This document shows, piece by piece, positions 36,317-45,861 of a stretch of DNA of 64,000 nt (positions within the stretch are counted from its first letter, which is position 1; each line of letters begins with the position of its first letter). This stretch comes from Escherichia phage vB_EcoM-pEK20. Below the pieces are notes generated by a model that was given only the letters and a program-made list of their open reading frames with translations, searched no databases and was not told the origin of the DNA. The DNA is taken from the sequence record MZ868638.1. One strand, written 5' to 3'. The position numbers and the translations under genes were made by a program.

Positions 36317-37163
36317 CTATGAAACTCAAATTTATAAAATTCTTAAAACCTCCTTCCCTTCGTGGGAAGGACTTGATGAGTATTTAAACTTTATAAAAAC
36401 TAATTCCACTAATAAAGTAAAAGGACTGACTCAGGTTCACCATATACTACCAAAATCTATTTTTCCAGATTTTAAAACATGTAAATGGAACTTGTGTCAT
36501 TTAAGTCATTATAACCATTTTATTGCACATAGCATTTTGGCAAAAACTGGCAACCACAAGATGATTAACGCGCTTCAAAGAATGTATACCGGGCGATTTA
36601 ATTTAAATTGTACAACGCATGAACTAAATAATATAGCCGAGGCGTATTCTTTAGAATTCGAAAATGTTTGTAAAGTTAATTCTATAAAAATGACATTATA
36701 CTATTCCAATCAGGATAATAGAATTAAGATTAGTCAAGCTTTAAAAGCATGGTTTAAAAATCCGGAAAATTTAAAGAAACATAGAATTATGACAAGTTCA
36801 AAGGAATTTAAAGAAACCGTCTCTATTATGACCCAAAAGTGGTTTAGTGACCCTATTAATAAACAAAAACATTTGGATGCTTGTCGTAAAATATCTAAAA
36901 CAACCGAATATAGAGAATCATTATCGGCTGGAGTTTCACGCAGTTGGAAAAATCCTAAAGTTAGAGACACTCATTTGAAATCTAGAAGAAAAGGATATCA
37001 TTGGGAAAATTTTGATATGCTTTACGTTGAATGGGTTAAAATGAACAAACCTAAATATGTAACTTTTTCTAAAAATTTAGTCAATTTAGGATATCCTATA
37101 CAAAGTTCTTTACAGGCTTTAGTTTCTGAATTCATGAGGAAAAATTTAAGTGAAAACATTTAA
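36303..37163 (+). CDS. HNH homing endonuclease with NUMOD-like repeats
   Basis: HNH core VHHILPKS...NLCHLSHYNHFIAH; three KxWxNPxxxKxH-type repeats; ATG at M6 of listed TTG ORF. Confidence 0.6.
   Translation: MTKTDYETQIYKILKTSFPSWEGLDEYLNFIKTNSTNKVKGLTQVHHILPKSIFPDFKTCKWNLCHLSHYNHFIAHSILAKTGNHKMINALQRMYTGRFNLNCTTHELNNIAEAYSLEFENVCKVNSIKMTLYYSNQDNRIKISQALKAWFKNPENLKKHRIMTSSKEFKETVSIMTQKWFSDPINKQKHLDACRKISKTTEYRESLSAGVSRSWKNPKVRDTHLKSRRKGYHWENFDMLYVEWVKMNKPKYVTFSKNLVNLGYPIQSSLQALVSEFMRKNLSENI
36303..37163 (+). mobile_element. free-standing homing endonuclease gene between genes 47 and 46
   Basis: HNH endonuclease ORF in a slot that holds only small ORFs in T4. Confidence 0.5.
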
Positions 37164-38838
37164 ATTAAATCGTGTTCGTTATAAAAATATAATGTCTGTT
37201 GGGCAAAATTTTATCGATATCCAATTAGATAAAGTCCAAAAGACCTTAATCACAGGTAAAAATGGTGGTGGTAAATCTACGATGTTAGAAGCCATTACTT
37301 TCGGACTTTTCGGTAAACCATTTCGTGATGTTAAGAAAGGGCAAATCATTAATAGCACGAACAAGAAAGAGCTCTTAGTTGAGCTTTGGATGGAATTCGA
37401 TGGTAAAAAATACTTCATTAAACGTGGCCAAAAACCCAATATTTTCGAAATCTCCGTTGACGGTGTTCGTCTTGATGAATCTGCCAGCAGTCGTGACTTC
37501 CAAGAAGAATTTGAACGCAGCATCGGAATGTCATACGCGTCTTTTAAACAAATCGTTGTGCTTGGGACGGCAGGGTATACCCCTTTCATGGCTCTTAGCA
37601 CCCCTGCTCGCAGAAAACTTGTCGAAGACCTTTTAGAAGTCGGCACACTCGCTGAAATGGATAAAATCAATAAGTCTCAAGTTCGAGAACTTAATTCCCA
37701 GGGACAAGTTCTCGATGCCAAGAAAGATGGTATTATCCAACAAATTAAGATTTATAACGAGAATATCGAACGTCAAAAGAAATTATCTGGTGATAATGTA
37801 GCGCGTCTACAGAATATGTATGACGACCTAGCCAAAGAAGCTCGTTCATTAAAAGCAGAAATCGAAGAAGCTAATGAGCGACTACTTAATATCGTTCTTG
37901 ATGAAGACCCTACTGAGGCATTCAACAAGATAGGACAAGAAGCATTCTTGATTAAATCTAAAATCGACTCATATAACAAAGTTATTAAGATGTATCATGA
38001 CGGTGGCACATGTCCTACTTGTGCATCACAGTTGCACCAGGGTGATCCTATTGTCTCTAAGATTACCGATAAGCTTCACGAATGTAATCACTCATTCGAA
38101 CAACTTACATGTCACAGAGATAATCTGAGTGTCTTAGTGGACGAATATAGAGCTAATGTTAAGACTAAACAGGACCTTGCATCTGATATTCGTACCAAGA
38201 AACAAGCAATGATTGCCACTATTGATAAAGCTAAGAAAGTTAAAGCTGCAATAGAACAAGCCTCAGCGGAATTTATCGACCATGCCGATGAGATAGCTTT
38301 GCTTCAAAAAGAACTTGATAAAATCATTAAAACAAAATCGGATATCGTTCTTGAAAAATACCATCGTGGTATTATCACAGATATGTTAAAAGATTCTGGT
38401 ATTAAAGGTGCTATCATTAAAAAATATGTGCCTCTGTTCAACAAACAGATTAACCATTATCTTAAAATCATGGAAGCTGATTACGTGTTTTCTATTGACG
38501 AAGAATTCAATGAATCTATAAAATCACGTGGTCGTGAAGAGTTCAGTTATGCTTCATTTAGTCAAGGTGAAAAGGCACGTATCGATATCGCATTGTTGTT
38601 TACATGGCGAGATATTGCTGAAAAGGTCTCTGGTGTTAGAATCAATACATTAATTATGGACGAAGTCATGGATTCCGCGACTGATTCTGAAGGTATTAAA
38701 GCTATTTCAACAATTCTTAACTCTCTAACCGATGCAAACGTGTTTATAATTAGTCACAGAGACCATGACCCACAAGCTTATGGACAACATCTTCAAATGA
38801 GCAAAGTTGGACGATTTACTGTAATGACTGTTTCATAA
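37150..38838 (+). CDS. 46: recombination endonuclease subunit gp46 (Rad50/SbcC-like)
   Basis: Walker A GKNGGGKST, coiled-coil middle, CPTC zinc hook, signature FSQGEKARI; GTG start overlapping HEG end. Confidence 0.95.
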   Translation: MKTFKLNRVRYKNIMSVGQNFIDIQLDKVQKTLITGKNGGGKSTMLEAITFGLFGKPFRDVKKGQIINSTNKKELLVELWMEFDGKKYFIKRGQKPNIFEISVDGVRLDESASSRDFQEEFERSIGMSYASFKQIVVLGTAGYTPFMALSTPARRKLVEDLLEVGTLAEMDKINKSQVRELNSQGQVLDAKKDGIIQQIKIYNENIERQKKLSGDNVARLQNMYDDLAKEARSLKAEIEEANERLLNIVLDEDPTEAFNKIGQEAFLIKSKIDSYNKVIKMYHDGGTCPTCASQLHQGDPIVSKITDKLHECNHSFEQLTCHRDNLSVLVDEYRANVKTKQDLASDIRTKKQAMIATIDKAKKVKAAIEQASAEFIDHADEIALLQKELDKIIKTKSDIVLEKYHRGIITDMLKDSGIKGAIIKKYVPLFNKQINHYLKIMEADYVFSIDEEFNESIKSRGREEFSYASFSQGEKARIDIALLFTWRDIAEKVSGVRINTLIMDEVMDSATDSEGIKAISTILNSLTDANVFIISHRDHDPQAYGQHLQMSKVGRFTVMTVS

Positions 38839-38839
38839 A

Positions 38840-38864
38840 CGCTTTAACACGATGTGGTTATAAT
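38840..38864 (+). promoter_or_regulatory. middle promoter (MotA-box type)
   Basis: cGCTTTA 38840-38846, 12-nt spacer, tataat 38859-38864; inverted repeat gatgtggt/accacatc. Confidence 0.55.
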
Positions 38865-38892
38865 GACCACATCAAATTAAATGGAGAACAAC

Positions 38893-39081
38893 ATGGAGTA
38901 TTCAACTGGCCAACATCTTCTCGTTGTCCCTGAAATTAAAAAATATGTTTTGACCAATACGTTTTCAGGTGAAGAACATATTGTTACTGAACAAATGCTC
39001 AAATCTGCTTTTAAAGATGAGTATAATAAAATAATGTCTAATCGCAATTCCGCATGGACAGTTACCGACTTCTACGAATAA
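38893..39081 (+). CDS. 45.2: small protein 45.2-like
   Basis: ATG at M5 of listed ORF; position upstream of rpbA/45. Confidence 0.5.
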   Translation: MEYSTGQHLLVVPEIKKYVLTNTFSGEEHIVTEQMLKSAFKDEYNKIMSNRNSAWTVTDFYE

Positions 39082-39093
39082 GAGAGAAATAAT

Positions 39094-39510
39094 ATGTTTA
39101 CTACTGCTAAAGGTTTCACTGCTGCTGATCTGAAAGTTACTTCTATCCGTACTGACGCTAACCCACATAACCATAATCGTGTTCGTAAAGCATGGGTCCT
39201 GCATTGTGATGACGCAAGTGCTAAAAAGCTTCAATCTCTTCCACAAGAAACTCGTTTTATGATTTATGGTTTTATTGATAACGATGTATCTGATATGTGG
39301 ATTCATCTGATGCGTAAGCACTATAAAGATTCTATTGAAGCCGGCGGAAAAATCGTTCTTGATAAAGATGGTTCTGAGCGTCTGGAAGATTTCTACTGTG
39401 TTGATGCCGACGAACAACTAATTGCAGCTGGCGAAATTGTTGCTTCTAAAATTCCAGAATATATTGAATCACTGCCTGAAGCTATTAAAAAGCAAATGGT
39501 TGCTGCATAA
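39094..39510 (+). CDS. rpbA: RNA polymerase-binding protein RpbA
   Basis: position immediately upstream of gene 45 and size as in T4. Confidence 0.65.
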   Translation: MFTTAKGFTAADLKVTSIRTDANPHNHNRVRKAWVLHCDDASAKKLQSLPQETRFMIYGFIDNDVSDMWIHLMRKHYKDSIEAGGKIVLDKDGSERLEDFYCVDADEQLIAAGEIVASKIPEYIESLPEAIKKQMVAA

Positions 39511-39550
39511 TAAATTTGTTAAACTTTGAATTGTCTTGAAAGGAAATAAA

Positions 39551-40237
39551 ATGAAACTGTCTAAAGATACTATCGCTATTCTGAAAAACTTTGCCTCTAT
39601 TAACTCCGGCATTCTGCTGAGTCAAGGTAAATTTATTATGACTCGTGCAGTTAATGGCACAACTTATGCGGAAGCAAATATCTCTGATGAAATTGATTTT
39701 GACGTAGCACTTTATGATTTGAATAGCTTCTTAAGCATTTTGAGTCTAGTGTCTGATGATGCTGAAATTTCAATGCACACCGATGGCAATATTAAAATTG
39801 CAGATACACGTTCCACGGTTTATTGGCCTGCCGCTGACAAGAGCACCATTGTTTTTCCTAATAAGCCAATTCAATTTCCAGTGGCTTCTGTGATTACTGA
39901 AATTAAAGCTGAAGACCTTCAACAATTGCTTCGAGTTTCACGTGGTCTTCAGATTGATACAATTGCTATTACAAATAAAGATGGTAAAATTGTTATCAAT
40001 GGCTATAATAAAGTTGAAGATTCTGGACTAACTCGTCCTAAGTATTCTTTGACTCTTACCGATTATGATGGTTCTAACAACTTTAACTTCGTAATCAATA
40101 TGGCTAATATGAAAATCCAGCCAGGTAACTATAAAGTAATGTTGTGGGGAGCTGGTGATAAAGTTGCAGCCAAGTTTGAAAGCTCTCAAGTAAGTTATGT
40201 TATTGCGATGGAAGCCGATTCTACTCACGACTTCTAA
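39551..40237 (+). CDS. 45: sliding clamp gp45
   Basis: MKLSKDT..LKNFASINSGILL matches T4 gp45 N-terminus; 228 aa. Confidence 0.95.
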   Translation: MKLSKDTIAILKNFASINSGILLSQGKFIMTRAVNGTTYAEANISDEIDFDVALYDLNSFLSILSLVSDDAEISMHTDGNIKIADTRSTVYWPAADKSTIVFPNKPIQFPVASVITEIKAEDLQQLLRVSRGLQIDTIAITNKDGKIVINGYNKVEDSGLTRPKYSLTLTDYDGSNNFNFVINMANMKIQPGNYKVMLWGAGDKVAAKFESSQVSYVIAMEADSTHDF

Positions 40238-40312
40238 GTCAAAGCTTTACGTTTAATGTAGTACTATTATGGAGGAGAAATCCTCCAGTTTAATGATAAT
40301 GAGGAAAATTAC

Positions 40313-41275
40313 ATGATTACTATCAATTCCAAAGAACACATTCTAGAACAGAAATATCGTCCTTCTTCCATTGACGAATGTATTCTGCCTGCGTATGACC
40401 ATGAAACATTCAAGTCTTTAGTATCTAAAGGAAAACTTCCTCATATTATTTTGCACTCTCCTTCTCCTGGTACAGGTAAAACAACCGTAGCAAAAGCATT
40501 ATGTAATGATATCAATGCCGAAATGATGTTCGTCAACGGTTCTGATTGTAAGATTGATTTTGTGCGTGGTCCGTTAACCGCATTCGCTCGTTCAGTCTCA
40601 ATGGAAGGCAAGCCTAAAGTTATTGTTATTGATGAATTTGACCGTAGTGGCCTCGCCGAATCACAACGTCACCTTCGTACATTCATGGAAGAATTCTCTA
40701 GTAACTGCTCTATTATTATTACTGCTAACAACATCGATGGAATTATTGAACCATTACGTAGTCGTTGTCGAGTTATCGAATTCGGACGTCCAACCGAAGA
40801 AGATAAAATCTCGATGATGAAGAAAATGATTCATCGTATGGTTGAAATCTGTAAGAACGAAAATATCGAAATCGCTGATATGAAAGTTGTTGCAGCTCTG
40901 GTTAAAAAGAACTTCCCGGACTTTCGTCGCACAATTGGACAATTAGACCAGTACTCGTCTAAAGGTGTTCTTGATGCGGGTATTTTGTCTATCGTAACTA
41001 ATGACCGTGGCACGGTCTCTGATGTTATCGAAGCAATGAAGAACAAAGATATCAAACAGCTTCGTGCATTAGCTCCAAAATATGCCGCAGATTATTCATG
41101 GTTCATCGATAAATTAGTTTCAGAATGTTATGACCAAGTTGCACCTGGTAAAAGTATTATTTCGCTTTATGAAATTGCAGGCGAAAACAATAAGTTTCAT
41201 GGATTAGCAAGTAATATTGAATTACATGTTATGTATATGCTTCTTCAACTGACCTGCGAACTGACTTGGAAATAA
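40313..41275 (+). CDS. 44: clamp loader large subunit gp44 (AAA+)
   Basis: Walker A SPGTGKTT, Walker [12 protein letters not shown] motif. Confidence 0.95.
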   Translation: MITINSKEHILEQKYRPSSIDECILPAYDHETFKSLVSKGKLPHIILHSPSPGTGKTTVAKALCNDINAEMMFVNGSDCKIDFVRGPLTAFARSVSMEGKPKVIVIDEFDRSGLAESQRHLRTFMEEFSSNCSIIITANNIDGIIEPLRSRCRVIEFGRPTEEDKISMMKKMIHRMVEICKNENIEIADMKVVAALVKKNFPDFRRTIGQLDQYSSKGVLDAGILSIVTNDRGTVSDVIEAMKNKDIKQLRALAPKYAADYSWFIDKLVSECYDQVAPGKSIISLYEIAGENNKFHGLASNIELHVMYMLLQLTCELTWK

Positions 41276-41276
41276 T

Positions 41277-41840
41277 ATGAACTTATTCGATGATGACGTC
41301 CAGCTTAACGAGCACCAAATTGCATGGAAGTCTAATGACGCTGATGCGATTCAAAAATGTGCTGATATGTTTAAAGAAAAACCTGAGAATGAATTCTTTA
41401 AAATCATTAATGCTATTAATGAAAAGAAATCTATGTCAATTGCTCAGGTCGACTACTCAAAATTTATGGTTGAGAACTCATTATCCCAGTTCCCAGAATG
41501 TATGCCAGCTGTTTACATGATGAACTTAGTCGGTTCTGAATTAAGTGATGAAGCGCACTTCAACTATATGATGGCGGCAATTCCGCGTGGTCGTCGATTC
41601 TCTAAATGGGCTAAACTAGTCGAAGACACTTCAGAGTTACTAGTTATCAAACTGTTGATGAAACATTACACAATCAACATGAATGATGCTACTGAGTATA
41701 AGCGGCTCCTTGAAAAAAATAACAAGTTGCCAATAGTCCTTAAAGAACTGAAGGCCATGGTCACTGATGAGTTTCTCAAAGAAGTTACAAAAAATGTGAA
41801 AGAACAAAAACAATTTAAAAAATTAGCATTGGAATGGTAA
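41277..41840 (+). CDS. 62: clamp loader small subunit gp62
   Basis: 187 aa, directly follows 44 as in T4. Confidence 0.9.
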   Translation: MNLFDDDVQLNEHQIAWKSNDADAIQKCADMFKEKPENEFFKIINAINEKKSMSIAQVDYSKFMVENSLSQFPECMPAVYMMNLVGSELSDEAHFNYMMAAIPRGRRFSKWAKLVEDTSELLVIKLLMKHYTINMNDATEYKRLLEKNNKLPIVLKELKAMVTDEFLKEVTKNVKEQKQFKKLALEW

Positions 41841-41842
41841 AA

Positions 41843-42211
41843 ATGATTGAAATTAAATTGAAGAACCCTGAAGATTTTCTGAAAGTCAAAGAGACTTTGA
41901 CCCGTATGGGCATCGCTAATAACAAGGATAAAGTCCTTTACCAGTCTTGTCATATCCTCCAAAAGCAAGGTAAATACTATATCGTCCACTTTAAAGAAAT
42001 GCTGCGTATGGACGGACGTCAGGTTGATATTGATGGTGAAGACTATCAGCGACGTGATTCGATTGCTCAGTTGCTTGAAGACTGGGGATTGATTGTTATT
42101 GAAGACTCTGCTCGTGAAGATCTGTTTGGTCTGACTAATAACTTCCGCGTTATCTCTTTTAAACAGAAAGATGACTGGACTTTGAAAGCAAAATATACAA
42201 TTGGTAATTAA
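41843..42211 (+). CDS. regA: translational repressor RegA
   Basis: MIEIKLKNPEDFLKVKETLTRMGIANNKDKVLYQSCHILQK matches T4 RegA. Confidence 0.95.
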   Translation: MIEIKLKNPEDFLKVKETLTRMGIANNKDKVLYQSCHILQKQGKYYIVHFKEMLRMDGRQVDIDGEDYQRRDSIAQLLEDWGLIVIEDSAREDLFGLTNNFRVISFKQKDDWTLKAKYTIGN

Positions 42212-42216
42212 AGCAA

Positions 42217-42235
42217 TGGGACTTCGGTCCCATTT
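42217..42235 (+). terminator. UUCG-tetraloop hairpin between regA and 43
   Basis: tgggac-ttcg-gtccca then ttt; followed by tataat 42240-42245. Confidence 0.45.
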
Positions 42236-42292
42236 GGAGTATAATAAGTTCATCAACAAACAAAAGACAATAACTCGTCTAAAGGAAATTAA

Positions 42293-45004
42293 ATGAAAGA
42301 ATTTTACTTAACGGTTGAACAGATTGGTGATTCAATTTTTGAACGTTACATCGATTCTAACGGTCGTGAACGTACTCGTGAAGTAGAATATAAACCATCA
42401 CTGTTTGCTCATTGTCCAGAAAGTCAGGCTACGAAATATTTCGATATCTACGGTAAGCCGTGTACTCGTAAGTTGTTCGCCAATATGCGTGATGCCTCCC
42501 AATGGATTAAACGCATGGAAGATATCGGACTTGAAGCACTTGGCATGGACGATTTCAAATTGGCGTATTTGTCCGACACTTATAACTATGAAATAAAATA
42601 CGACCATACAAAAATTCGTGTGGCTAACTTCGACATCGAAGTAACATCTCCAGATGGGTTCCCTGAGCCATCACAAGCAAAACATCCGATTGATGCTATC
42701 ACTCATTATGACTCAATTGACGACAGGTTCTACGTATTTGACCTTTTGAATTCTCCATACGGTAATGTAGAAGAATGGTCTATCGAAATTGCGGCTAAGC
42801 TTCAAGAACAAGGTGGTGATGAAGTTCCATCCGAAATTATCGATAAAATCATTTATATGCCGTTTGATAACGAAAAAGAATTGTTGATGGAATATCTCAA
42901 CTTCTGGCAACAGAAAACTCCTGTCATTTTGACTGGATGGAACGTTGAGTCATTTGATATTCCATATGTGTATAACCGAATCAAGAATATTTTTGGCGAA
43001 TCTACTGCGAAACGTTTATCACCACATCGTAAAACTCGTGTTAAAGTTATCGAAAACATGTATGGTTCTCGTGAAATCATTACATTGTTCGGTATCTCTG
43101 TTCTTGATTACATTGACCTTTACAAAAAATTCTCTTTTACCAATCAACCATCATATTCTCTGGATTACATTTCAGAATTTGAATTGAACGTTGGTAAACT
43201 GAAATATGACGGCCCTATTTCTAAGCTTCGTGAAAGCAATCACCAACGATATATTTCTTATAACATTATCGACGTATATCGTGTATTGCAAATTGACGCT
43301 AAGCGTCAGTTCATCAACTTGAGTTTGGACATGGGTTATTATGCTAAGATACAGATTCAATCTGTGTTTAGCCCAATTAAAACATGGGATGCTATTATTT
43401 TTAATAGCCTTAAAGAGCAGAACAAGGTGATTCCACAAGGTCGTTCTCACCCGGTTCAACCTTATCCAGGCGCTTTTGTTAAGGAACCTATTCCAAATCG
43501 GTACAAATATGTAATGAGTTTCGACCTTACATCTCTGTATCCAAGTATTATTCGCCAAGTGAATATTAGCCCAGAAACAATAGCAGGAACGTTTAAAGTA
43601 GCTCCATTGCATGATTATATTAACGCTGTTGCTGAACGTCCTTCTGATGTGTACAGTTGTTCTCCTAACGGCATGATGTATTATAAAGACCGTGACGGTG
43701 TTGTTCCAACTGAAATCACTAAGGTCTTTAATCAACGTAAAGAACATAAAGGTTACATGCTTGCAGCTCAACGTAATGGTGAAATAATTAAAGAGGCATT
43801 GCATAATCCTAATCTTTCTGTTGACGAACCATTAGATGTTGATTATCGTTTCGACTTCAGTGATGAGATTAAAGAAAAGATTAAAAAGTTGTCTGCTAAA
43901 TCTCTTAACGAAATGTTGTTTAGAGCTCAACGTACTGAAGTTGCAGGTATGACTGCCCAAATTAACCGTAAATTGCTTATCAACTCACTTTATGGTGCAC
44001 TTGGCAACGTTTGGTTCCGTTATTATGATTTGCGTAATGCTACTGCAATCACAACATTCGGGCAAATGGCTTTACAGTGGATTGAACGTAAAGTTAATGA
44101 ATATTTGAATGAAGTTTGTGGCACAGAAGGTGAAGCTTTCGTTCTTTATGGTGATACAGACTCTATTTACGTATCTGCTGATAAAATTATCGATAAGGTT
44201 GGTGAATCTAAATTCCGTGATACCAACCATTGGGTAGACTTCTTAGATAAGTTTGCACGTGAACGTATGGAACCAGCTATTGATAGAGGTTTCCGTGAAA
44301 TGTGTGAATACATGAACAATAAACAACACTTAATGTTCATGGACCGAGAAGCTATCGCTGGGCCTCCACTCGGTTCTAAAGGTATTGGTGGATTCTGGAC
44401 TGGTAAGAAACGTTATGCATTAAACGTGTGGGATATGGAAGGTACTCGTTACGCTGAGCCTAAACTCAAAATCATGGGTCTAGAGACTCAGAAATCTTCG
44501 ACTCCTAAAGCAGTACAGAAAGCTCTTAAAGAATGTATTCGTCGTATGCTTCAAGAAGGTGAAGAATCATTACAAGAATATTTTAAAGAGTTTGAAAAAG
44601 AATTCCGTCAATTGAATTATATTAGCATCGCGTCGGTATCTTCTGCGAATAACATTGCTAAATATGATGTAGGTGGATTCCCTGGTCCCAAATGCCCGTT
44701 CCATATTCGTGGAATTCTGACGTATAACCGGGCTATCAAAGGTAATATCGATGCACCACAAGTTGTAGAAGGTGAAAAAGTATATGTTCTGCCTTTACGT
44801 GAAGGAAACCCATTCGGTGATAAATGTATCGCATGGCCTTCTGGTACTGAAATCACAGATTTAATTAAAGACGATGTACTTCATTGGATGGACTACACTG
44901 TTCTCCTTGAGAAGACATTTATTAAACCACTTGAAGGATTCACATCAGCAGCGAAACTCGATTACGAGAAGAAAGCATCTCTGTTCGATATGTTCGATTT
45001 TTGA
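42293..45004 (+). CDS. 43: DNA polymerase gp43 (family B)
   Basis: 903 aa; exo motif FDIEV, pol motifs SFDLTSLYPSII, KILINSLYGALG, YGDTDS; N-terminus as I recall for RB69 gp43. Confidence 0.98.
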   Translation: MKEFYLTVEQIGDSIFERYIDSNGRERTREVEYKPSLFAHCPESQATKYFDIYGKPCTRKLFANMRDASQWIKRMEDIGLEALGMDDFKLAYLSDTYNYEIKYDHTKIRVANFDIEVTSPDGFPEPSQAKHPIDAITHYDSIDDRFYVFDLLNSPYGNVEEWSIEIAAKLQEQGGDEVPSEIIDKIIYMPFDNEKELLMEYLNFWQQKTPVILTGWNVESFDIPYVYNRIKNIFGESTAKRLSPHRKTRVKVIENMYGSREIITLFGISVLDYIDLYKKFSFTNQPSYSLDYISEFELNVGKLKYDGPISKLRESNHQRYISYNIIDVYRVLQIDAKRQFINLSLDMGYYAKIQIQSVFSPIKTWDAIIFNSLKEQNKVIPQGRSHPVQPYPGAFVKEPIPNRYKYVMSFDLTSLYPSIIRQVNISPETIAGTFKVAPLHDYINAVAERPSDVYSCSPNGMMYYKDRDGVVPTEITKVFNQRKEHKGYMLAAQRNGEIIKEALHNPNLSVDEPLDVDYRFDFSDEIKEKIKKLSAKSLNEMLFRAQRTEVAGMTAQINRKLLINSLYGALGNVWFRYYDLRNATAITTFGQMALQWIERKVNEYLNEVCGTEGEAFVLYGDTDSIYVSADKIIDKVGESKFRDTNHWVDFLDKFARERMEPAIDRGFREMCEYMNNKQHLMFMDREAIAGPPLGSKGIGGFWTGKKRYALNVWDMEGTRYAEPKLKIMGLETQKSSTPKAVQKALKECIRRMLQEGEESLQEYFKEFEKEFRQLNYISIASVSSANNIAKYDVGGFPGPKCPFHIRGILTYNRAIKGNIDAPQVVEGEKVYVLPLREGNPFGDKCIAWPSGTEITDLIKDDVLHWMDYTVLLEKTFIKPLEGFTSAAKLDYEKKASLFDMFDF

Positions 45005-45044
45005 TATAATGTCATGGACGGTAAACTAATTAAATGAGAGAAAT

Positions 45045-45680
45045 ATGAAAACTACTCCTATTACTATCGCTATTGACGCAATCATAAAACAAGCTTCTTC
45101 TTTGGCCGCTATGGCCAAAGTAATTAGTCAAAACCCTGCTCGTTATAATGCTATTCTAGAAACTCTTCGACGCCCGGGACTTAGTAATTATGAAAGTCGT
45201 GTAATTATTACAGGTGTGGGTAAGAATGCTAATATTGCAACTAAAGCTTCTGAGACATTTGCTTCACTTGGTATCCCGAGTATGTACTTGAACACCGGGC
45301 ATTATTCTCACGGTGATGCAGGATTCATTGCGCCTAATGATGTGTTGATTCATATTAGTCGTTCTGGTAAAACTGAAGAAATGATAGGCGTGGCTAAGCA
45401 TCTTAAAATGATTCGTCCGAACGTCAAACAGATTCTGTTGCATTGTAACCCAGACATTCCACAAGAAAATGAAGCCCTTTTTGATTACTCTTTCTGTACA
45501 GGCATCGCAGTAGAGGTTGATGAGAATTCTCTGGCTCCGACTATGTCCACTACATTGTTGTTAGCGCTTATCGATACGTTTGCTATCAACCTTTCGTCTG
45601 AACGTGGATTTACCTCTAATGACTTCCTTAAGTTCCACCCTGGCGGTGCACTAGGTGCCATGTTACGAGGCGAACAATGA
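45045..45680 (+). CDS. SIS-domain sugar-phosphate isomerase (arabinose-5-phosphate isomerase-like, no CBS domains)
   Basis: SIS motifs VIITGVGKNANIATKA, LIHISRSGKTEE and KpsF/KdsD-type FHPGGALG. Confidence 0.75.
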   Translation: MKTTPITIAIDAIIKQASSLAAMAKVISQNPARYNAILETLRRPGLSNYESRVIITGVGKNANIATKASETFASLGIPSMYLNTGHYSHGDAGFIAPNDVLIHISRSGKTEEMIGVAKHLKMIRPNVKQILLHCNPDIPQENEALFDYSFCTGIAVEVDENSLAPTMSTTLLLALIDTFAINLSSERGFTSNDFLKFHPGGALGAMLRGEQ

Positions 45681-45820
45681 AAGCAATAACAATAGGACTT
45701 TTACTATTGATGCTTGTCATGACTATCTACTGGAGCTTAACGGCTCCAGTAATGATTCCGACTCTTATAATCGGATGGATTATGATTGGACTACAAGCAA
45801 AGTATGAATGCTTTAACTAG
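45677..45820 (+). CDS. tiny hydrophobic protein (47 aa)
   Basis: ATGA overlap with SIS stop; single TM segment; not in track. Confidence 0.3.
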   Translation: MKAITIGLLLLMLVMTIYWSLTAPVMIPTLIIGWIMIGLQAKYECFN

Positions 45821-45833
45821 AATAGTGTACAAT
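45809..45833 (+). promoter_or_regulatory. middle promoter (MotA box) upstream of nucleotidyltransferase-kinase gene
   Basis: TGCTTTA 45809-45815, 12-nt spacer, tacaat 45828-45833. Confidence 0.55.
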
Positions 45834-45861
45834 ACTCCTACTTACCAATGAGGACCACAAC

